A stretch of DNA of 64,000 bases from Escherichia phage SelmaRatti, in the sequence record MZ501103, one strand, 5' to 3'. The position numbers and the translations under genes are program-made. Position 1 is the first letter of the stretch; every line of letters begins with the position of its first letter. This document shows positions 50,076 to 58,450 of the stretch, piece after piece. The notes beneath the pieces were generated by a model, which did not search any database, had not been told where the DNA came from, and worked only from the letters and a program-made list of their open reading frames with translations.

Positions 50076-50289
50076 TTTTCACCTGTTCTCTAAAGTTTTG
50101 CCCAATACTGTCTAACAGCTCAGCTAATTCTTTATTGCCTTTCTCCATTAAGGTATTAGCAATAACTTCTAGCATAGTAGCGCAGGATTCAACACCATCC
50201 TTATAGCCAGTTTCCCAGTGCTGCATTAATGCGTTTTCCAAAGCGGTGTTTAAATCACTGCCTGGTAGCATCGGCTTCGAGAATGCCAT
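50068..50289 (-). CDS. hypothetical protein
   Basis: 73-aa ORF. Confidence 0.4.
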   Translation of the reverse strand: MAFSKPMLPGSDLNTALENALMQHWETGYKDGVESCATMLEVIANTLMEKGNKELAELLDSIGQNFREQVKNA

Positions 50290-50461
50290 AAAGTTTCTCC
50301 TCTAGTTCCATAACACGATTTTCATAAGAGGCACGCAACTTTTCAATTGCCAGTGCACGCACTGTAACCTCATTAGAATTAATAGCTAATTGGGCCAGAT
50401 CTTCTGTTTCCATACGTCCGTTGTAAATTAAGCGATATTTAAGATGTTTTACGTTTTTCAT
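50255..50461 (-). CDS. hypothetical protein
   Basis: 68-aa ORF. Confidence 0.4.
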   Translation of the reverse strand: MKNVKHLKYRLIYNGRMETEDLAQLAINSNEVTVRALAIEKLRASYENRVMELEEKLYGILEADATRQ

Positions 50462-50817
50462 ACTTTTAGCTCCGCCCCAATATCCTCATAGAAGTAATCG
50501 TAGTAAACTTGCTTAATATGATGCTTAATAACAGAGGAGAAATCCTCTGTGCCATTAGAGGTAACATTAAATACTTGTAAGTGGTTCCAATACACAAATT
50601 CTAGAGTCTCTTTTAAGTCTTCAGGTTCTTCGTATATAGGATTATAGACAGTAATATCTAATTCTTGCTCTACAAAGTCGCCTAGTAATGTAGGATACCC
50701 AATACCTTCTAGTAATGAGTAATCACCCGTAGCAGCAAAAATAGCTTCCTGAATAGTATCTACCCCTAAGTGATAATGTCCTAACTTAGATACAACAATA
50801 AATGGTTTTAGTTCCAT
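50458..50817 (-). CDS. hypothetical protein
   Basis: ATG at 50817 with GAGGAGGG RBS directly downstream of promoter; ORF-track N-terminal 12 aa are promoter/leader. Confidence 0.5.
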   Translation of the reverse strand: MELKPFIVVSKLGHYHLGVDTIQEAIFAATGDYSLLEGIGYPTLLGDFVEQELDITVYNPIYEEPEDLKETLEFVYWNHLQVFNVTSNGTEDFSSVIKHHIKQVYYDYFYEDIGAELKV

Positions 50818-50844
50818 ATACCCTCCTCTCAAATTTATAAATCT

Positions 50845-50873
50845 ATTATACATATATTTTTAGCTGAAAGCAA
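50845..50873 (-). promoter_or_regulatory. T5-type early promoter (TTGCTT-17-TATAAT)
   Basis: reverse complement TTGCTT...TATAATAGATTTATAAATTTGAGAGGAGGG then ATG. Confidence 0.7.
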
Positions 50874-50907
50874 ATAAAATAAAAGCCAGGTCGACTAGCA
50901 ACCTGGC
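50872..50907 (-). terminator. rho-independent terminator after nrdD
   Basis: 7-bp stem gccaggt/acctggc then TTTTATTTTATTT on - strand. Confidence 0.6.
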
Positions 50908-50915
50908 TGATTAGC

Positions 50916-52742
50916 TTATTTAAGATTTAAGTGTTTTACTCTACCAAGCACTTCTTTTTGTTTCCCAGAATTGAAAGGCCTACTGCCCGGGGATCCCAGG
51001 TACCCGCAAACCCTACGTGTAACCTCTATTTCTTCAGATCCACAACCCGGACATACAAACCCACGTTCAGAAGCAACAGATTCACCCATATATCCGCAGT
51101 TGAAACACTCATCAATTGGTATATTAACACCAATATAATGGCTACATTCTAGCCCCTTATCCACCACATACTCAAGAGCTTTGTGGAACTTTTTCATTTG
51201 AGGTAGTTCCACAAATGATATATTACCACCATTAGCTATTTTGGTAAAATGAGCTTCGTACTCAAATTTAGTATCTGGGGCTACTTTCTCTCTTACGTCC
51301 AAATGGTGACTATTAGTAAGATAGCCTTTATCTGTTAACCAAGAATACTCTGGGAACCTACGTTCTAGTAATTTATTAAAACGATTACATAGAGACTCAC
51401 TAGGAGTAGCATACAAGCTAAACCCAAGATTAGTCTCATTAGCTTTAACTTCGCAACGATTTTTTAGGTGAGTGAGAACTTCCTCTGTAAATTCAATACA
51501 ATCCCTATGGGTTTGTGGTAGACCAAACATTATTTGGCACATCTCATAGACCCCAATGTATCCAAGAGATACAGAAGATCTACCCTCAAAAATAGGCCAT
51601 ACATACTCTTCCCCATCTAAACGCACACCAAAACCCCCGTGCATATAAAGAATAGGGGCTTGTTTAGCCTTCACTTTCTTAAGTCTATTTAAGAAAAAAT
51701 CATGAGCTTCAAAAGCCTCATCCACATATTTGTCCAGAATATCCCAGAAATCTTCAAAAACCCCATCTGCCTCAGCAGCAACCATAGGTAGATTAATAGA
51801 CACTACACCTAAATTATTGCGCCCTGCAATTTCTCCGGAGGGGATAGCAGATAAAAAGCTACGACAACCCATAGGTGCTTTAAAATCACCAGTAACAGCT
51901 ACAACTTTCTCGTAACTTAAATAGTCCGGGTACATACGGGTAGCAGAACACTCAAGTGCTAGCTGTTTTATATCGTAGTTAGGGTCGCCTGGATTTTTAT
52001 TTAACCCTTCTTTAACTGAGAATACTAGTTTAGGGAAGATAGGGGTTGACTCAGCAGCACCTAAACCTTTAATACGGTTTTGGAGGATGGCTTTCTGAAT
52101 CATCCTTTCCTCCCACCCCTGTCCTAGCCCAAAGCCAAGCGTAACAAAAGGAGTCTGTCCATTAGAGTTAAATAATGAATTAGTTTCATACTCTAGGGCT
52201 TGGAATGCGTCATAACACTCTTTTTCAGTAAGTTCAGTAGCATATACAGCAGCTTTCCTTTCATCCTTGAGCCAACGTAGACCACGACCCAGATGTTTAT
52301 TGTAAGACTTTCTGACATACGGGGCTAGAACCTCATCGATACGATCAATAGAGGTGCCACCATACTGAGCACCAGATACTTGGGCAATAATCTGAGCAGT
52401 GATTGCACATGCAGTAGTTATGGATTTAGGAGTTTCAATATTTGCATTACCAATTTTAGTACCATTCTTCAGCATGCTACCAAGGTCTACTAAGCAACAG
52501 TTAGTGTACCCCTGTGCTCTGTAATCCATATCATGAATGTGTATCTTACCTAGATTATGGGCGTCTAACAGGTGTTTAGGTAACTCTTGCGATACTAAAT
52601 ACTTGTTAACTTCCCCAGCTAATAAGTCTCTTTGAGTATGGAACATCTCACTAGGTTTATTAGCATTATTATGCTGTAAATCCTTATCCGCAGTTAGAGT
52701 GAGCAGACCTTTGCAATTCTCAATTAATTCATTCTCTGTCAT
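50916..52742 (-). CDS. nrdD: anaerobic ribonucleoside-triphosphate reductase
   Basis: 608 aa; C-terminal glycyl-radical motif RVCGYLG; zinc site CFNCGY...CPGCGS. Confidence 0.9.
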   Translation of the reverse strand: MTENELIENCKGLLTLTADKDLQHNNANKPSEMFHTQRDLLAGEVNKYLVSQELPKHLLDAHNLGKIHIHDMDYRAQGYTNCCLVDLGSMLKNGTKIGNANIETPKSITTACAITAQIIAQVSGAQYGGTSIDRIDEVLAPYVRKSYNKHLGRGLRWLKDERKAAVYATELTEKECYDAFQALEYETNSLFNSNGQTPFVTLGFGLGQGWEERMIQKAILQNRIKGLGAAESTPIFPKLVFSVKEGLNKNPGDPNYDIKQLALECSATRMYPDYLSYEKVVAVTGDFKAPMGCRSFLSAIPSGEIAGRNNLGVVSINLPMVAAEADGVFEDFWDILDKYVDEAFEAHDFFLNRLKKVKAKQAPILYMHGGFGVRLDGEEYVWPIFEGRSSVSLGYIGVYEMCQIMFGLPQTHRDCIEFTEEVLTHLKNRCEVKANETNLGFSLYATPSESLCNRFNKLLERRFPEYSWLTDKGYLTNSHHLDVREKVAPDTKFEYEAHFTKIANGGNISFVELPQMKKFHKALEYVVDKGLECSHYIGVNIPIDECFNCGYMGESVASERGFVCPGCGSEEIEVTRRVCGYLGSPGSRPFNSGKQKEVLGRVKHLNLK

Positions 52743-53592
52743 TGATTATTTCCTCGATAAACTTTATAGCTACTTTTGGTTCAATATTGAAGAATTCCGT
52801 AGCACCGTCAAAATCTTTGTACTGGCAATTCTGCTCTTTAAAGTAGTTATGGGCTAATTTTTCTATTAGAACTGCACCACTATATTCTCCAATTTCAAAT
52901 ACTTTAATTATTTCCAAATCAGTAAGGTGGCTACTAGACCTAATATGTAGAAGTCTACGCTCTGGATTGTTAGATCTACCTATTTTAACTCCGTGTGATG
53001 GGCTATGCATAACATATATCTTAGTACTTTCTAAATCTCTATAACTACAGTAAGGACAACCATTCCCTCTTAATACAGATCCTGGAGTAGCTTCCCACCT
53101 ATGCCCTGCACCACAAAGAAAGGCGGTCTTAGTATTCGCATTACTATACTCACCCACTATTCTGATATTTCTGGCAGCAAGACGATCATTTATAGTATTA
53201 ACACTAAGTTTCTGTTTATTAGCAGCACAAGATGGGCAGCCACTACCTCTATTAATTATACTATTAAGTGTAGTAGCCCACTCATGACCACAAACACACC
53301 TAAATTTAGTATTTATATCAGCACTATTTTTATAGCCGTTCAACAATGTAATACCTCTGTCCTGTAATATAGTATTAATTTTATCAATATCTAGTTTACG
53401 GCTACTAATAGAGCAAGTATGACACTTGGTCTTTCCATTCCTAATGGCGTCAAATTTAGCTGTCCATTGATGACCGTATTCGCACTGATACGTATGCCTA
53501 TACCTAGAATTTTGATATGGCTTATCCACCATAGTAAAACCACGCTCGGCTAGGCATTTATCTACTTCTTCTTGAGTTAATTTTTTCGGCAT
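52729..53592 (-). CDS. zinc-ribbon (x3) + T5orf172 (GIY-YIG-like) domain protein, putative homing endonuclease
   Basis: Three tandem ~50-aa C..GH.W...G..CP.C repeats then KIYVMHSPSHGVKIGRSNNPERRL block; ATG at 53592 with GGAG RBS. Confidence 0.6.
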   Translation of the reverse strand: MPKKLTQEEVDKCLAERGFTMVDKPYQNSRYRHTYQCEYGHQWTAKFDAIRNGKTKCHTCSISSRKLDIDKINTILQDRGITLLNGYKNSADINTKFRCVCGHEWATTLNSIINRGSGCPSCAANKQKLSVNTINDRLAARNIRIVGEYSNANTKTAFLCGAGHRWEATPGSVLRGNGCPYCSYRDLESTKIYVMHSPSHGVKIGRSNNPERRLLHIRSSSHLTDLEIIKVFEIGEYSGAVLIEKLAHNYFKEQNCQYKDFDGATEFFNIEPKVAIKFIEEIINDRE

Positions 53593-53620
53593 TCCACTTC
53601 TCCACAGAATTTTTACACCT

Positions 53621-53649
53621 ATTATACTAAACATTATCCACTATGTCAA
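53621..53649 (-). promoter_or_regulatory. sigma70 consensus promoter (TTGACA-17-TATAAT) for the triple zinc-ribbon endonuclease gene
   Basis: -10 53621-53626, -35 53644-53649 on - strand; divergent from phoH promoter. Confidence 0.6.
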
Positions 53650-53786
53650 TTAAAATTTTCTTTCGCCATCTAATACTGTAATATTTCGCGTATAAATAAA
53701 TGATTATCTAGTATCATATTTCTACCTTTATAAGCAAGTAAATTTTTTATTTAAAAGCAATATCATAGGTTTATTTAAAATTATAC

Positions 53787-53815
53787 TTGCTTTTTGCTGT
53801 AAACCTTGTTATAAT
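53787..53815 (+). promoter_or_regulatory. sigma70-type promoter (TTGCTT-17-TATAAT) upstream of phoH
   Basis: -35 53787-53792, -10 53810-53815. Confidence 0.6.
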
Positions 53816-53891
53816 ATATTTGTAAGTTGATAAACAAGATCTCTTTGTTGATCCTCTGTTAGAAGCGAAGTACACTATAGGAGTGTTATTT

Positions 53892-54644
53892 ATGGGAAAA
53901 GCACGTCAAAAAAGAGAGAACCGCAATGGTTCAAGAAAGCGTGGCAACAAATATGAGAATAACGTAATTCAGGCTGATTTTTCTAATGATTACGCTAACC
54001 CAGTTGCTAAATCCCTAGTAGGTAAAAACCGAGAGCAAAAATCATATATCAATATGATCAAGAACAACACAGTGACTGTGGGTATTGGTGAGCCAGGTAC
54101 TGGTAAAACCTTTATCCCGTCTGTTCTTGCAGCTCAGGAACTCGTAGACATTCACTCAGATATTGAGCAAGTGATTCTAGTCCGTCCTAATGAACCTCTA
54201 GGTAAGTCTCTTGGTATGCTTCCTGGTGATCTAGCAGAAAAGCTAGAGCCTTGGTTAGAGCCAATAGCTGATGGTATGAAATGGGCCATCGGTGATCATG
54301 CCTATAATGGGTATGTCGAACGTCAGAAAATTAAATTTTTGGCTGTAGAACATGCTCGTGGCAGAACTTTCAACAACTCCTATGTAATTGTCGATGAAGC
54401 TCAGAATATTTCCGTTGAGGCAATGATTTGTCTCCTAACTCGTGTAGGACAAGACTGCCGTTTAATTATCTGTGGAGATATAGCTCAGAAAGACATTAAA
54501 GGTGACTCAGGTCTAGCACTCCTTATGGAAGTCTATGAAAAATACGAAAATGCCCCATTCTCAATGATCGAATTGATTGATAACGTTCGTTCTGTTGAGT
54601 CTAAAGCATTCTATGATATTTTTAAAGACATGGGGAAGGTGTAA
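53892..54644 (+). CDS. phoH: PhoH-like ATPase
   Basis: Walker A GEPGTGKTF, Walker B IVDEAQN; ATG at 53892 after TAGGAG. Confidence 0.85.
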   Translation: MGKARQKRENRNGSRKRGNKYENNVIQADFSNDYANPVAKSLVGKNREQKSYINMIKNNTVTVGIGEPGTGKTFIPSVLAAQELVDIHSDIEQVILVRPNEPLGKSLGMLPGDLAEKLEPWLEPIADGMKWAIGDHAYNGYVERQKIKFLAVEHARGRTFNNSYVIVDEAQNISVEAMICLLTRVGQDCRLIICGDIAQKDIKGDSGLALLMEVYEKYENAPFSMIELIDNVRSVESKAFYDIFKDMGKV

Positions 54645-54645
54645 T

Positions 54646-54843
54646 ATGGGAGACGTTGTACATCTACACCGAAAAACTAAAATACATCGTACTTCACTGA
54701 GTGCTGCTAATATGATTACACGTAAGGAAGGGGAAGAAAGTCCTAAGACTACCCTAGCGTGGAAAATTGTAACCTCAAATCCAAATCGGCCCTTCAATTA
54801 TAATGAACTAAGTACCTCAATAGATATTCTGCTGAGAACTTAA
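54646..54843 (+). CDS. hypothetical protein
   Basis: 65-aa ORF, ATG 2 nt after phoH stop with GGGGAAGG RBS. Confidence 0.4.
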   Translation: MGDVVHLHRKTKIHRTSLSAANMITRKEGEESPKTTLAWKIVTSNPNRPFNYNELSTSIDILLRT

Positions 54844-54920
54844 GTGGCCAAAAACTAGACTGACAACACAGAAGGCCTGGGTATGAAAATGCTCGGGCCT
54901 TTTCTATCAGAAAATTTTAT

Positions 54921-54949
54921 TTGCCAAATGACTGAGAATAAAGTAAACT
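54921..54949 (+). promoter_or_regulatory. possible promoter (TTGCCA-17-TAAACT) upstream of nrdA
   Basis: weaker match to sigma70 consensus. Confidence 0.35.
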
Positions 54950-54987
54950 ATTTCCTAAATCCTGATAACTATAAAAAGGAAAGCCAA

Positions 54988-57900
54988 ATGAGCCATCGCA
55001 TTGAAAAAGTAATTAAACGTGACGGTACTGTAGAAGACTTTGCTCCTGAAAAACTCAATGGTTGGGCAGAGTATGGTTGCAAAACAGTTGATGTAAGTTG
55101 GTCAGCCATTACTATGGCTGCTCAAAAAACCCTACCTAAAGGGGTTGTAGATTCCGACACTCTTATGGACGCATTAATTAAAGCTGCTGAAAGTCTTATC
55201 AAAGATAACCCAGCATACGATGTGCCAGCAAAGGAATTACGTCTTGCGCAAATGCGTAAGCGCCTTTATGACTCTTTCGAACCACCTTCTCTACGCTTCT
55301 TCCATGACCACATGGTTAGCGTAGGTACATGGGAAGACATGAGTGCATGGATTACCGATGAGCAATTTGAAGCTCTGAATCAGGTTATCGACCATGATCG
55401 TGACCGTCTTTTTACTAGTGGTGGGCTGAAGCAGTTCTTTGATAAGTATTCACGTCGTAACATAGCCACTGGTGAAATTTACGAAACCCCTCAATTCGCC
55501 TATATGGGTATGGCAATGGCGATGTTATCTCAACCTAACTGGACAATTCTAGATGCAATCGATCTCTACAATGCAATGTCGCTCCACAAGATCAACGTTC
55601 CTACGCCGCCATTGGTTGGCTTGCGCTCTAGTGACCGTGGATTTGCTAGTTGCTGCCTCGTGGATTCCACTGACACATTGGATTCAATCGACACAGCAGA
55701 GCACATCGTCTTCAAAATGGTCGCAGCCAGAGCGGGAATCGGGTATCATCTTGAAAGCAGATCAATTGCTGATCCGGTGCGAAATGGGGCATTCCCGCAT
55801 TCCGGAAAACTGCCATATTATCGACACATTGACCGCTCAGTAAAGGCCAATACTCAGCAAACTCGTGGTGGTTCTGCTACAGTGTCTTATCCATACTTCG
55901 ACCCTGAAATCATTCAATTGATGCAGGTTAAGCAACAACGTGCTACAGATGAGAATAAAATCGATAAGATGGATTATTCTCTGAGCTTTAACAATCTTTT
56001 GTTAAAACGTTATCTTAAAAACGAAGATATTACGCTAATGTCATACTTCTATGCTCCAGAAGTTCATGAAGCGTTTTATAGTGATGACGAGGCTAAATTT
56101 GAAGAAATCTACGTGGCAGCGGAGAAACGTGTGGCATCTCTTACAAAAATCGACCACGAAGGAAAAACAGTTCCAGCAGCTCCTAAAGTCTCTGCAAAAG
56201 AAATCCTAGATACTTGGCTACGTATCCGAATGGAAACAGGACGTATGTACGCTCACCACATCGGGGAATCTAATCGTCACGGTAACTTTCTTGATCCAAT
56301 CCGTATGACTAACCTTTGTGTAGCTCCAGAAACAAAAATTTTAACCAAAAATGGTAACATAGAGATTATTGATTTAGTTGGTAAAGAAGTAGAGATTTGG
56401 AACGGGCAAGAATGGTCAACAGTTATCCCTGCTAAAACTGGGGAAGCTCAGGAGTTGATGAAAATCACATTCTCTGATGGATCTACTATTGAATCTACTC
56501 TTTATCATAAGTTCTACCACCAGCCCAAATATGTAAGAGAGGATCGTAGTACCTCCTTCAAACAGGGTCTAGAAGAGGTACGAGCAGTAGACTTGCAAGT
56601 AGGTATGAAAATGCCTAAATTTAGTAATCCTATTGTAGATCATGGAAATATGGTACTAAAATCTCCTTATACTAACGGTTTCTTCACTGGAGATGGAACT
56701 TATGGAAGACATGGAGAACCTAAGCTGTACTTCTATGAAAAAGGAGGCAAACTACCATTAGTGGATAAAATTGACGCAAAGATTCAGGGAAGTGGATTAC
56801 TGGACAGCACAGGTAGACTGAGTTATATTGTTAAGTCTGATTTAATGCCGAAGTATTTTGTACCTGGCCCAGAATACACTATTGATAGCCGTATCAAATG
56901 GTTAGAGGGATATTTAGATGCAGATGGCTGCATACAGAAAAATGGCACAACCCCTAGTATTGTGGTTGCTTCGGCAGAGCCTGATTTTCTAAGTAAAGTG
57001 AAGGATTTGTTACTAGAATTGGGGATTACTAGCAAGATTATTTTAGGACGCCAAGAAGGTGACTACGAGTTACCAGATGGTACTGGTAGTAGTAGTAAAC
57101 TATACCACTGCAAGGAGACTAGTAGGCTTATTGTGGGGAGTAGTGGCTTCTGGAAACTTAAAGATTTAGGACTCTCTTTGGATAAAGAGAAACTCTTAAA
57201 CCTAACACGCCCCAATAGAGACGCAACCCGTTTTGTAACTGTAACTAACGTTGAGTTTACTGGTCGTATTAGTGATACCTATTGCTTTACAGAACCTAAA
57301 TTAAACTTGGGTGTATTTAATGGCATTTTAGCTGGTAACTGTGTAGAGATTACTCAGCCTACACGCCCGTTCCACCACATCACAGAGCTGTATAAGACAA
57401 AAGAGCAGCTTGATCAAATGAAGCCGGAGGATATTGGTGAAGTATCTCTGTGTAACTTAGGTGGTGTTGTACTTGGACGCATGGAATCTCTGGCTGAGTG
57501 GGAAAAAACTTGCTACATCCTTCTGAAATTCGTTGATACAATTATTGAAATTCAGGATTATCCGTTCCCAACTATGGAATATACGGCTAAGAAACGTCGT
57601 AATGTTGGTATTGGCCTGATGAACGCAGCAGGTGCAATGGCAGCAGAAGGTCTGGCTTATGAAGGTATTGAAGCCCGTAACTGGATTCACCGTGAGGCTG
57701 AAAAACTGTCTTACTTCCTGCATAAAGCCTCTGTACGCCTAGCTAAAGAACAGGGCGCATGTGAGTGGTTTGATCGTACTAAACCATCTAAAGGAATTCT
57801 GGTAATCGACACTTACAAGAAAACTGTTGATGAACTGGTATCCGTAGGTCTAGAAATGGATTGGGAATCTCTGCGTGCAGATATTCTGAAATACGGTATG

Positions 57901-58344
57901 CGTAACTCTGTTCTGACTGCGCAGATGCCTGGAGAAAGCTCTTCTGTACTATTGGGTGTTACCAACTCAATTGAGCCACCTCGTAAGATTGTATCTATCA
58001 AGGGTAGTGCAGTGAATAAAGTAATTGCAATTGCTCCAGGTGCAACCGATTGGGATACTCTCATGAGCTATAAACTGGCCTATGATATTGATCGCACTGA
58101 GTGGATCAAGTGGAACGCCGTTTACCAAAAATTCTTGAGTCAGTCATCAAGTTTCCAGATGTATTATGATTACTCTAAATTCGAGAATGAAATCATCCCT
58201 GGCCCAGTAGTAGTTCGTGACTTTATGACTGCGGTTAAGTATGGTATAAAAACCTGGTATTATGCTAACTTTAACACTGCGAATGGTGGAGGAGCTGGTG
58301 AAGAGGCGGCAACAGGTTGTGCATCAGGCGGTTGTCAGTTATAA
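54988..58344 (+). CDS. nrdA: ribonucleoside-diphosphate reductase alpha subunit, interrupted by an intein
   Basis: N-terminal ATP-cone (VIKRDGTVEDF); active-site NxCxE split as TNL | intein | CVEI; C-terminal Cys pair; start set at ATG 54988 with AAGGAAAG RBS. Confidence 0.9.
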   Translation: MSHRIEKVIKRDGTVEDFAPEKLNGWAEYGCKTVDVSWSAITMAAQKTLPKGVVDSDTLMDALIKAAESLIKDNPAYDVPAKELRLAQMRKRLYDSFEPPSLRFFHDHMVSVGTWEDMSAWITDEQFEALNQVIDHDRDRLFTSGGLKQFFDKYSRRNIATGEIYETPQFAYMGMAMAMLSQPNWTILDAIDLYNAMSLHKINVPTPPLVGLRSSDRGFASCCLVDSTDTLDSIDTAEHIVFKMVAARAGIGYHLESRSIADPVRNGAFPHSGKLPYYRHIDRSVKANTQQTRGGSATVSYPYFDPEIIQLMQVKQQRATDENKIDKMDYSLSFNNLLLKRYLKNEDITLMSYFYAPEVHEAFYSDDEAKFEEIYVAAEKRVASLTKIDHEGKTVPAAPKVSAKEILDTWLRIRMETGRMYAHHIGESNRHGNFLDPIRMTNLCVAPETKILTKNGNIEIIDLVGKEVEIWNGQEWSTVIPAKTGEAQELMKITFSDGSTIESTLYHKFYHQPKYVREDRSTSFKQGLEEVRAVDLQVGMKMPKFSNPIVDHGNMVLKSPYTNGFFTGDGTYGRHGEPKLYFYEKGGKLPLVDKIDAKIQGSGLLDSTGRLSYIVKSDLMPKYFVPGPEYTIDSRIKWLEGYLDADGCIQKNGTTPSIVVASAEPDFLSKVKDLLLELGITSKIILGRQEGDYELPDGTGSSSKLYHCKETSRLIVGSSGFWKLKDLGLSLDKEKLLNLTRPNRDATRFVTVTNVEFTGRISDTYCFTEPKLNLGVFNGILAGNCVEITQPTRPFHHITELYKTKEQLDQMKPEDIGEVSLCNLGGVVLGRMESLAEWEKTCYILLKFVDTIIEIQDYPFPTMEYTAKKRRNVGIGLMNAAGAMAAEGLAYEGIEARNWIHREAEKLSYFLHKASVRLAKEQGACEWFDRTKPSKGILVIDTYKKTVDELVSVGLEMDWESLRADILKYGMRNSVLTAQMPGESSSVLLGVTNSIEPPRKIVSIKGSAVNKVIAIAPGATDWDTLMSYKLAYDIDRTEWIKWNAVYQKFLSQSSSFQMYYDYSKFENEIIPGPVVVRDFMTAVKYGIKTWYYANFNTANGGGAGEEAATGCASGGCQL
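56317..57339 (+). mobile_element. intein with LAGLIDADG homing endonuclease domain inside NrdA (341 aa)
   Basis: Starts CVAPETKIL, LAGLIDADG-like NGFFTGDGTYG and WLEGYLDADGCIQ, block F-like DTYCFTEP, ends NGILAGN followed by Cys. Confidence 0.8.
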
Positions 58345-58353
58345 TAAAAACAA

Positions 58354-58380
58354 GGAGATCTTCGGGTCTCCTTTTTCTTT
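58354..58380 (+). terminator. rho-independent terminator after nrdA
   Basis: stem GGAGATC/GGTCTCC with UUCG tetraloop followed by TTTTTCTTT. Confidence 0.8.
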
Positions 58381-58390
58381 GAAATTTTAC

Positions 58391-58419
58391 TTGCTAATCG
58401 CTACCAGATTTGCTATAAT
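58391..58419 (+). promoter_or_regulatory. sigma70-type promoter (TTGCTA-17-TATAAT) upstream of nrdB
   Basis: -35 58391-58396, -10 58414-58419; follows nrdA terminator. Confidence 0.65.
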
Positions 58420-58450
58420 ATTCCTGAAATAGTGAGAAAGAGGAAAATCA

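Noticed and set aside
50818-50853. ORF-track start of the 50458 gene at 50853
   Set aside because: The first 12 codons coincide with the promoter -10 and conserved leader; the ATG at 50817 follows the GAGGAGGG RBS.
53593-53634. ORF-track start of the triple zinc-ribbon gene at 53634
   Set aside because: That codon sits just downstream of the -10 element; the ATG at 53592 is preceded by a GGAG RBS.
54883-54987. Upstream extension of nrdA (ORF-track start 54883)
   Set aside because: The conserved ATP-cone N-terminus begins at the ATG at 54988, which has a good RBS; the extension overlaps a candidate promoter and is not NrdA-like.
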